Of a DNA stretch of 64,000 bases, positions 1-64,000 are shown in pieces (the stretch's first letter is position 1; every line of letters starts with the position of its first letter). A program made the translations under genes and the position numbers. The DNA is from the human T2T-CHM13v2.0 reference genome, Homo sapiens, in assembly GCF_009914755.1 (NCBI RefSeq), contig NC_060943.1. One strand, given 5' to 3'. The notes beneath the pieces are model-generated. The model had not been told where the DNA came from, made no database searches, and saw nothing but the letters and a program-made list of their open reading frames with translations.

Positions 1-9673
<9,673 letters not shown>

Positions 9674-9928
9674 CACCGGCCCCTCCCTCTACCCACCCCC
9701 TTCCCCCGCATGCTGATCCCCCTGCCCAGGTGAGGGCCCTGCCCTGGAAGACTGGAGGGAGGCCCCAAGCCACGGGGCATCCCCCTCTCCCAGGAAGCAG
9801 GGAGGGGGCCGGGAGGTTTTCCTCTCAGCCCCACCCTGGGGGCCCGGGGGCGAGGGCTGCCCCCTCCTCCCCTCCCCAGTGAGGGACATTTTTTGGTAAA
9901 CCTATTTTCATTTTGGAAAATATTTATG

Positions 9929-9934
9929 AATAAA
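9929..9934 (+). terminator. CNOT3: CNOT3 poly(A) signal AATAAA
   Basis: AATAAA in an AT-rich patch ~255 nt after the stop codon. Confidence 0.85.
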
Positions 9935-9986
9935 TAGTTTTATATGACGGCTGGCAGCAGCGGCCTCTCCTGTACCCCCTCAGGAG

Positions 9987-13961
<3,975 letters not shown>

Positions 13962-13964
13962 GGC

Positions 13965-14340
13965 GTCGTAGCTGTCCAGGGACTGGCACGCCCGCCTCTT
14001 TGCACTTCCGATTGGCGAGAGGATGCCCCCCTTTTTCTTGTCCCTACTTCGACCGCGGATTGGTTCCGAATTAGTTGGTACGGCCCCCTGGCCTGTAGCG
14101 ACAGGTGATTGGCTGAGACGCCCTTTATCACAGCGAATGCTAGGCGTTCGGCTCGTGGTATCCCCTAGCAACCGCCTCTTGTCACAGATCTGAACCAATC
14201 ATAAGTTGGCCCGCCCCTGATGCTACCAGATGCGGCCGTCGATTGGCCGACATGACCGACAAGTCTCCTTGCGGAAGAGCGCTCTGCACCGACAAACATG
14301 CCCGTACATTTGATTGGCTCCTGCCCCGCTGTAGCCCTGC
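13965..14340 (-). promoter_or_regulatory. LENG1: LENG1 CpG-island promoter with six CCAAT boxes, an ETS site and an RFX X-box
   Basis: ATTGG at 14011, 14059, 14108, 14242, 14313; CCAAT at 14195; ACTTCCG 14004-14010; GTATCCCCTAGCAAC 14158-14172; CpG-rich and directly upstream of the ATG. Confidence 0.8.
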
Positions 14341-14391
14341 CCCCACCTTCAGGACGCAGATTTCAAAGCGCGCTCAGCAACCTCGGCTGTA

Positions 14392-14397
14392 TTTATT
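14392..14397 (-). terminator. TMC4: TMC4 poly(A) signal AATAAA
   Basis: TTTATT on + strand ~175 nt past the TMC4 stop. Confidence 0.85.
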
Positions 14398-14571
14398 GAT
14401 ACAAGGAAGATCACCCGAGAGTCAGGGACGTGGCGGCGAGGGGCCCTGGAAATCTCCAGATACCAAAGCTGGAAGGGCGTGGAGTCTTCTCCAGTTCTCC
14501 TAGTTTACAGATGTTGTGACCTAGGCTTACAATGGGCCTGGGGTCTGAAAGCGGGACGTGGGCTGCGGGGG

Positions 14572-27317
<12,746 letters not shown>

Positions 27318-27627
27318 GGCCCCAGGCTGGGCTGTCTCTAGTGGCCACCAGGCAGACACTGCCCCAGGTAAGGGAGGGGCCAGGGGCAGGTGTGTACCTG
27401 GCCAGCAGGTGGCCCGGAGGGAGTAAGGTACACTTCCTGTGGTTTCTCAGGGCCGCTGATGCGAAAGGTCTCCTGGGAGCTGAAGTCCCCGTGGTGCCCC
27501 GGGCCTCACAGTTTGGTTCCTGGGCTGGGCGGGGGGGCTGTACCTCACCCTGGGACTTGGTGGACTAAGTCCTTCCCACCGTTTATCACCCAGATACCTG
27601 CACGGACACGATGCCTTTGTGCAACAC

Positions 27628-27633
27628 TTTATT
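27628..27633 (-). terminator. MBOAT7: MBOAT7 poly(A) signal AATAAA
   Basis: TTTATT on + strand ~610 nt past the MBOAT7 stop. Confidence 0.85.
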
Positions 27634-28243
27634 GGGAAAGATTTACACACGGTGACCTGTCATAGGCCAAGCTATGAGAAGAGGGCGCCAGGAGTGCTGG
27701 GGTCCCGAGGTGGCTCAGATGGAAGCCATGGGACGGCCGTCCCCAGGCCCGCGCACCCGCACCTCAGTTTCCCCTTTGTGAAATGGGAAGCTTATGCTTC
27801 CTTCCAAGTCTGCAATATTGGTGCGATGAGCTAAAAGTGGAGCGAAAGACACAAGGAAGAGGCTTCCCACTCCCAGGACCTGCCCCCAAGCTCCGACCCC
27901 ACATTGTGGATGCAAAGAAAGGGAATTTGCCCAAAACCCACTGCCCAGGGGCCCCTTCCGTTTTGGGGAAGTGCAGTGCTCTCTGGATACCCAGAAGCTG
28001 GAGCAGGGGCCAGTGACTCTTGTCTGGACAATACTTTGATTTTGTAGGAGTGGAGGTGGCCTCTGGGCAGAGGGCAGGGAGGACACCCCCGGGTCTGCTT
28101 CAGTTGCAGGCAGGGTATTTAGCTGGGGAAGAGGAAATTCTCTCCAGGACCCTCTCCAAGGTAAGGACTCTTTCTGGGGAGGAGACAGCAGCCTGGTTCA
28201 CAGAATTCCCGGGACCAGCTGGCAGAGGGAGCGTCGTGACAGC

Positions 28244-42896
<14,653 letters not shown>

Positions 42897-43725
42897 GGTC
42901 TGGGGGAGGGGCAGAGATTCACAGTGAGAACCCAGGAATCCAGGCCCCCTGCCTCCTCCCTCTTCGAGGATCCAGGAACCCAGCCTTCTAGACCCCAGTT
43001 TTTGAGGATGATGGAGTATGAGCCTCAGCTCCTCTCCTTTGAGAACCTAGCAACCCAGACTCCAGCCCCTTCCTCCTTGGAGGAGACAGGAATCCACCCC
43101 CAGCCCCTCCTTTGAGCGCACAGGCCTCCAGCTCTCCTGTCCTTGGAGAACCCAGGAAAGTGTGGGGATCTCCCAGCACCCAAGCCCCTCCTTTGCGAAC
43201 GCAGAAATCAAAGCTACTCCCCGCACCCATACTGGGGACCCAGATTTGAAGACGCCCCTCTTTTAAAAACCCAGAAACGGCACCCCTCCCGGACCCTTCC
43301 TCTTCGACAGCCCAGGAATCTAGACCTCCGAGCCCCCTCTTCCAGCGAGGATCCAGGAACCCAGACCCCCTCTTTGGATCCCCCATCCCCCGGCCCTTGT
43401 GAAACCAGATATCCGGACCCCCCAGCCCTTCTCCTTCGAGACCACCCAGAGGAGCCCGGGTCTCCAACCTGCACCTCCTTCGGAGCTCCACACCCCTCTC
43501 CTACTGAGAACCCGGGGATCGAACACCCTCCCCTCCCCAGGCCCAGGCCCAGGCCCAGCCCCAACCCGTCCCGCGCACCCCAGCGCATCCCCGGCAGAGC
43601 CACAGGCGGTTGCGCCAGCCCCGAGTTCCAACGCGCCTCCGGGGCCGCCCCGCACCCGCCAGCCCGCAGAGACCCTGCCGCCGTGTAACCTCGCCTCGCC
43701 ACTGGGCGCCGCCACCCTGGCCCAC

Positions 43726-44010
43726 CTGAGCTGCTCGCCGGGCAGGAGGCGGCCGAGCAGTCCCAGCCCGCTTGCCGCCGCAGCTCCGGCCACGCCTCCC
43801 CCGCCCAGCGCGCCCCCGCGCCGCCTGCTCCTTCTGGGCGCCCGCCGGGCTGCGCAGATCAGGCCGGGGAAGAAGCCACGGTCAGGGCCCCGGGCGGGCA
43901 GGGAAGAAGCCCCGGAGCAGAAGCCGAGAGCGCGAGTCGGCAACGGGATTCGAGTCCAGGTCCACACTGGGATCCGAGCTCCGAGTACGTGAAGGGGCGG
44001 GCCTTCGGGC
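43726..44010 (-). other. MBOAT7: Probable non-coding first exon of MBOAT7 (5' end uncertain)
   Basis: CAG|GTGGGC donor at 43726/43725 on - strand inside the CpG island; the acceptor of the ATG exon is at 42899. Confidence 0.6.
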
Positions 44011-45752
44011 TCGGAACAAGGAGGAGCCAAAAGCTTTGGACCCGAAGGGGAACAGACGGGCTCTGGAAAGGAGGCGGGGTCTGGAGCTCGGCGTGAGGAA
44101 TGAGGCGGGGTCTCCCTTCGGGTTCCTTCGGGCACAATCGGGAGCTTGAGTTCTCCGGAAGCGGGGCCACAAACTTCGGCTCACTTCGGCAATAGTCGAG
44201 AACGGAGAGCTGAGGCCACTGTGGGCGGAGCCACATGTTTCGGCTTTCTTCGGAGGTAGTCGAGTCCTTAGGGTCACTGTTCCGATGTGGGCGGGGCCAC
44301 AGACTCGGCCGGATGTGGGTGGGGCCACAAGCTTCGGTTTACTTCGTAGATAGTTGGGTACAAGTGACGCTAGGATGATAGGCGGAGTCAACAGGTTCGC
44401 CAGACACCCATGAGTATTTACAAGGGGGCGGGGCGAAAGCGACTTGCCCTCAAAGGGGCGGAACCCCGAGGGCCGGCGTGCGCCTACGGGACCGGGCCAG
44501 GATGACGATCCTCAAGTTCCCAAGTAGAGGAGAGGAAGCGGCAGAGGGAGGTGCGCTCAGTGGGGCGGAGCCAAGGTGGCCCCCGCGGGAGGAGGGCGGG
44601 GCTTCGGTCCTGCGAGGGGCGGGACCTGACTTCCCGCGGCGCTGATGGGGCGGGATGACGAAGTTGACGAGGGTGTCGGCATGAGGGGGTGGAGCAAGGA
44701 GCGCGTGGCGCGGTGCGCAGTGGGTGGCTCCACCTCGACTGCGAATTACTGTTTATGAGGTGACTCGCTGGTTCTATCGGTGGACAGTGGGACATTCTGA
44801 AGGGAGGCAAGGAGGCGGACTGAGCGCTCCCAATTGGGGTGAGCCCGCCCGAGCGGAGAGTGGACGGCGGGTGTCCAGGGGGCGGGGCTTTCGGCTGTGG
44901 GGTTCGGTCGTAGGGCGGGAACTCCCCAACTGGGGTGCGCTGGCGCTCGGAGGGGGCGGGGCCACAGGCCGCGAGGCTGCCGGGAGCCGATGACGCCCGA
45001 ACGCCGAACCTATTGCGTCCGGGAGGAGGCGGGGCTACGGATTCGGCCGAGCCGAGAACACCCGAACGTCAAATTGCTGGCGTTCGAGAAGGGGGCGGGG
45101 CTGCGGATTCGGTGGAGCCGAGGACGCCCGAACGCCGAACTTCCTGTGCTCGGGAGGGGGCAGGGTTTTGTACTGTGGGAGTCTGAGAGCGAGGAGGTCC
45201 GAAAGCCGAATCACAGTCGTTCGGAAAGAGGAGGAGCGAAGGCTCGAGCGTCCGGAAGAGGGTGTGGCCTCGGCGGTGCCTTAGCCTCCAGAGCTTCTGA
45301 CCGCTGACGGGAACACCCGAAGGGGGACGCCCACTTTGCAAGAGGGTGGTGCCAAAATGGACCTTTGTAAGGGGGCGTGTCGCCGCGCTTGCGGAGGTTT
45401 GTTTTTCACGCTCCAAGGCGCAATGGTAGGTACGGCAGTGCGGGCACAGAGCGGGTGCCGACCGCAGGGTCACAAGGGTAGAGCGGGACCCTGGGGGCTT
45501 GGCGAGGGGAGAGGGTCGGGGGCTTGTCTCCGGCGTCTCGTCTCCGGCGGCCGCGAGGCCTGGTGGGATCGCCCGGGGGCGGGGCCTGGCGCTCGGGCCC
45601 AGCAGGTGGTGAACGGCGGCTGAGCGAGGCCCCGCCCCCTGAGGCCTAGGGGCGGGGCTTCGCCGAGACCCCGGAGGCTTTGGGTGCGCTGCAGCGGTCC
45701 GCGGCGCGCAGCTGTTTCGGTAACTGCTTTGCCTCCCGGCTCCCGCAGGAGG

Positions 45753-47750
<1,998 letters not shown>

Positions 47751-48031
47751 ACTCCAGAGACCTAGGGGATGTGGCTGTGTCGGCAGCAAGAGCCTTTCTG
47801 GATGTTCCCCAGCTCTTCTCTGGGAGTCTAGAACATCCTCCTACCTTTCTCCGCGGTTAGTTTTTGATTCCAGGTTTTCGAACACTACATCTTTTTTATG
47901 TTCTTCCTTGTTTCAAAGCACTTATTGGCTGTGTTTTTGTAGTTACCTATTTTCACACTGTGAGCTTCCCGAGAATGGGGCCTGGGTTTGATTCATCTGT
48001 TTTCTACAGGGTTTAAGTCTCAGGAGGTCTC

Positions 48032-48037
48032 AATAAA
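48032..48037 (+). terminator. TSEN34: TSEN34 poly(A) signal AATAAA
   Basis: First AATAAA after the stop; another near 48294. Confidence 0.75.
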
Positions 48038-48305
48038 CTTGGTATATAAATGTTCATGATTTGAATGTTTGCGACAGTCCTGGAACCCGTGGATGGTCTC
48101 ATCTGCATGTACAGGTGAGAAAAAGGCCTGGAGGAGGGGGACTGACTTGCCCAAAGTCACACACTTAGTAAATAGCAGGCCTGGCCTTTCAAAATTGGTT
48201 TTTCTGACTCCTAAATCTGCACTCTTTCTACCTCACTAAACTTCCTTTTGAAAAGATTTCTATGAAATTTCCCAGATGCATACAAACGTTATAAATAAAA
48301 ATATA

Positions 48306-51125
<2,820 letters not shown>

Positions 51126-51823
51126 CTTTGTTCCTCTTTACTGCTGGATATTCCATTGTATGGACATAACCCCATTTTATTTATCCATTCATCAGGTGAT
51201 TGGCATTTGTTTCTAGTTAAGGACAAGGTTTTGGTTTTGGTTTTTGTTTTATTTACCCTTGTTCATGCAGTATCCCCAGGTCCAAGAACAGTTCCTGGCA
51301 CACAGCAGTCAATACATTGTTGCTAAATAAATGAGTGGCTTAAACTATAATTTTTAAATCAGGGCTGAGACAATTTGGAAATTATAATTTCTCCTACATG
51401 ACTTTCTAAGCATATTTTAAATAAATATACATACGTTAAGGTCATTTTTATTAATGAAAATTGTAGCATACTATGCACACTTCTGCATCTTGCTTATTGG
51501 ATATGCCCAGGCTTGTCTCATTTTTGCCAACAGCTACATGGTTTTGCGTCCTATGGATGGGGCATAATTAGATTTTATTACACTTGTACAAAAGGAAAGG
51601 AATTCAGCTCCCCAAGCATGCCCAGCTGGTCCTTGGCAACCCATGATGGAAACCAAGGGTTCCTCTTATATTACCCGTGCTCCTTTCAGAGAGGAAGGGC
51701 TAGAGGGCTCCAGCCTGAGTGAGAGAGAGAGAGGAGGAAGCATGAGGGGTTTGTGGAAGAGGGCCTGGTGCCATATGACTGGACCATGCTTCTGAAGAGG
51801 ATCAGGGTGAGGCCAGATCTCAT

Positions 51824-53237
<1,414 letters not shown>

Positions 53238-53626
53238 TGTTAAGATATTAAGCACCTTCAGTACACAAGACTCTGTGCTGGTTTTCTTTTCTTTTTTTTT
53301 TTTTTTTACTCTAAATCATCAAACCCTATGAGGAAAGTCCTGTTACTTTCTCCCATTTAGCACTCTTGAAGAGGCTAATTTGCCTAAGATCAAGAGCTCG
53401 TCAGTGACTGCTGAGGTTCAAACGCAGATCTTTTTTAAGACTTGAGAACCTACAGGTTCAACCACCATTATAAAACCATCTCTGTAATCACGAGGCACCC
53501 GGAATTTGTGGAGCTTGGACTTCATCCTGAAGGGAGTGAAAACTTATGGAAGTTTTTTCCTTCCACGTTTCCCCCTTCCAGATGAATAATATACGCGTGT
53601 TCAAGATACAAAAATGCATAAAATTT

Positions 53627-55010
<1,384 letters not shown>

Positions 55011-55159
55011 AAAACCACCGTCCAGGGGCGGAGAAGGAAGGTTCTCCCTACTTCTCAGGTTTCCACTCCCTGGCCGGAAAAAACCTAGTCCTCCCAGGTT
55101 AGCACGCCGCTCTAGCCCAGCCTCACGTCTCCACTGCTTCTCAGCCAGCCAACGCCTCT

Positions 55160-55276
55160 TCTGATTGGCTCTGACGTGCGTGGTGCGTGAAAACGTCACG
55201 AGACGCCGGCGTTACTATAAGAGCGCAGCCGTGGCGCTTCCGCGCCTCTTTCTCAGTGACCGGGTGGTTTGCTTAG
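55160..55276 (+). promoter_or_regulatory. RPS9: RPS9 core promoter and 5'TOP exon 1
   Basis: TATAAG at 55216 is 30 nt upstream of the pyrimidine TCT/TOP tract CCTCTTTCTC (55245-55254); ATTGG 55164; CRE-like TGACGT/ACGTCA; donor TAG|GTGAGG at 55276/55277. Confidence 0.88.
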
Positions 55277-55488
55277 GTGAGGTGCGGTGGTGTGCTTTTT
55301 CTCTAGGGTTTGGGTTGGATGGTGGCCCGGGCCTTCCGAGTTTCCATGAGTAAGCTAAAGACGTTAGGAAACAGAGCAGGGTGGTTGAACGGGAGTGCAG
55401 CACGGTTGTGGGGGCAGATACTGACTATGAGAGCGTTGGAGGTTATTCTCGCGAGATCGGATCTGGGCTCCGCGAGGTTTTGGCGTAG

Positions 55489-61963
<6,475 letters not shown>

Positions 61964-62010
61964 GTCCACCTGTCCCTCCTGGGCTGCTGGATTGTCTCGT
62001 TTTCCTGCCA

Positions 62011-62016
62011 AATAAA
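62011..62016 (+). terminator. RPS9: RPS9 poly(A) signal AATAAA
   Basis: AATAAA 48 nt after the stop, followed by a GT-rich downstream element. Confidence 0.9.
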
Positions 62017-64000
62017 CAGGATCAGCGCTTTACAATTGGTGTGTGGGGGTCTCTCATCCTTGACTCTTTCCCCTGCTCTAAACATGCAGCCTTCCCTGGG
62101 AGGCTCACTCACTTGGGAGTGCCTACCAGCTAGTGGTCCCTGGCCTCTCAGTACTATTCTACAGTAGTGAACACACATCTTTACCAGAAACTTCTGTCAT
62201 CAGGGGAGAGACGAGTGGTATTTTTGGAAAAACTGTGTCAAAACCAGAAGGAAATTCCAAGTAAGCCGGTGTTTGCATATAGGGGTGGGAGGGAGCCGGT
62301 CATTGCTAGGCAGGGCAGGCGCCGAGTGGAGGTGGGGGCCTTCCCTGCCTGCTGGCCCTGGGACCCTGACCCCGCCAGGCAAGAGACAGGTGGGACGGGA
62401 GCTGACCAGAGGCTGACGGGTTGCTGGGGAAGGTGAACTGTTGGTGATTGTTGGGGAACACTTCACAGAATTTGCTTGCTAGTTTCAAAGCTTGTGATGC
62501 AGTTGATGTTGGGCAAGTTCCCAGTTTTGTCTTCACATGTAGGGGAAGTGGGTTAGCGTAGGAGAAGGGGCGTTGAGGGAAGTCTGTTCCTCCTCTCCGC
62601 GTTCAGTGCTTCTGTGGACTCACGGTCAAGAGGTTGGCAGGCTTCCCTTTTCTCAGCCTTGTTGATCATCTGTGTTGGGAAGGGGTTTGGTTTCTGAGGA
62701 AGTGAGAAACCTGAAATTGTGCAACCCCCTCAGGCTGCAGGCTGTAGTTGATTGGGTCCTTATCTGGAGGCCTTCAGGGTTTGAGGTCAGGGCAGGGACA
62801 GTTCTGGAACACAGCTAAGTTACTGTAAACCACGTGGAGAAGTCCATTGCGGCTTACTCAAGCTAGGTGGTTGGCCCTTCCTTCCCTCAGCGTTGCTACT
62901 TGGGAAATGACGGTGGTCTTGTGTCCATGGGGCCAGCTGCTGCACCATCTGGGCTCACTGTGGTCTCCTTCCTTGGAGCGTGGGGTCTGGGCTAGTGGAT
63001 GGCCGGGGCAGCGTACTCACTGGGCTCCTGGGAGCTCCCCTGGGAGGAAGAGACTGCAGTTGTCTCTGGTCTGAGAGGTGGTGGCTCACCTGGGTGTAGC
63101 TCACAATTGCGGAGCTCCACGGCAGCCTGGAGGGAGGGGAGAGTGGGAGTTGAGGTATGCGGTTCTGGGGAGAAGCCTACGGGCTTGGAAAGGAAAAGGG
63201 TCTTCAGGGCTCTGTCTACAGAGGCAGCGAGCGGGGCAACAGAGGGAGACTCCATCTCAAGAATTTGTAGAGATGGAGTCTCAATGTGTTGCCCCGGCTG
63301 ATCTAAAACCCTTGGCCTCAAGCAATCCACTCGCCTCCCAAAGCGCTAGGATGACAGGTGTGAGCCACAGTGCCTGGCCTGCGTGGGTCTGTTTAATCTC
63401 CGGGCCTCTTGCTCTCCCTTTCTTGGTGATCTCCTTGGACCACATCCCTGTATCATTCTCTCTCTCGACCCTGAGCCCAGGGTCCAGAGCAGAGAACGGG
63501 ATGGGGTCTGGGTAGGGGCCCCTCACTTGCAACCAGGATGTTGGGTGGGGGCGACGGGGGACCGACCTTGGGCAGGAGGCATTGTGTCCACCGCAGCATC
63601 TGTGCTGGCCCCCAGGGGGGTGGCTCGCATGGCCCAGGGGGACGTCCAGGAGGTGCTGCCCATCTAGGCGCTGGCGGGCTGGGAGCCCCTTGTCCTGGTC
63701 AATGCAGAGCTGTCAAAACCGGCCTCTGAGTGATGCTGAGGGGTCAGGCTGTCTCCAGAGAGCACCGGCGATCCCGGCTGTGCTGAGAGGGAGGGCTGAG
63801 GGCTGCCTGGACGCCCCTGAGATGAGGCGACTGGTATTTAGGGGATGCGTACTCTCTGGGGCCCGCTGGGGCCTGCAGGGAGAGCTCTCACCGGTCTCAA
63901 CTCCATGCCTTCTGCCTTGTGCTTCTGGCCCAAGAGGTCGGGGTCACTGACCACCCCGTGTCCACCTAAGGCTTCCCTGGACACACAGCAGGGAGATGGG

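Noticed and set aside
62050-64000. Short ORFs downstream of RPS9
   Set aside because: No coherent exon structure or known protein similarity; includes an Alu monomer at ~63260-63380.

Overview
Human genomic DNA, recognisable from the encoded proteins as the chr19q13.42 block CNOT3 (3' part, +), LENG1 (-), TMC4 (-), MBOAT7 (-), TSEN34 (+), RPS9 (+). Exons were assembled by hand from GT-AG boundaries and give intact frames: CNOT3 C-terminal 555 aa, LENG1 264 aa, TMC4 706/712 aa, MBOAT7 472 aa, TSEN34 310 aa, RPS9 194 aa. The region is Alu-dense and carries MSR1 minisatellites, DNA-transposon fossils, U2 and 7SL fragments and CpG-island promoters. The most striking unexplained structure is a ~1.4 kb stretch of MBOAT7 intron 6 (33443-34866) with 13 exact GTTGCTA/TAGCAAC RFX half-sites, repeatedly arranged as 28-30 bp palindromic double-X-box cassettes. 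An inverted pair of ZNF143/THAP11-type motifs lies just across exon 7. Other items: a 57-bp direct repeat bracketing the LENG1 promoter, a palindromic shared poly(A) region for CNOT3/LENG1, a 37-bp VNTR beside the TMC4 Glu17 (rs641738-T) allele, and RPS9 poison and intronic-poly(A) exons. Coordinates are hand-counted, repeat boundaries are approximate, and no database searches were run.
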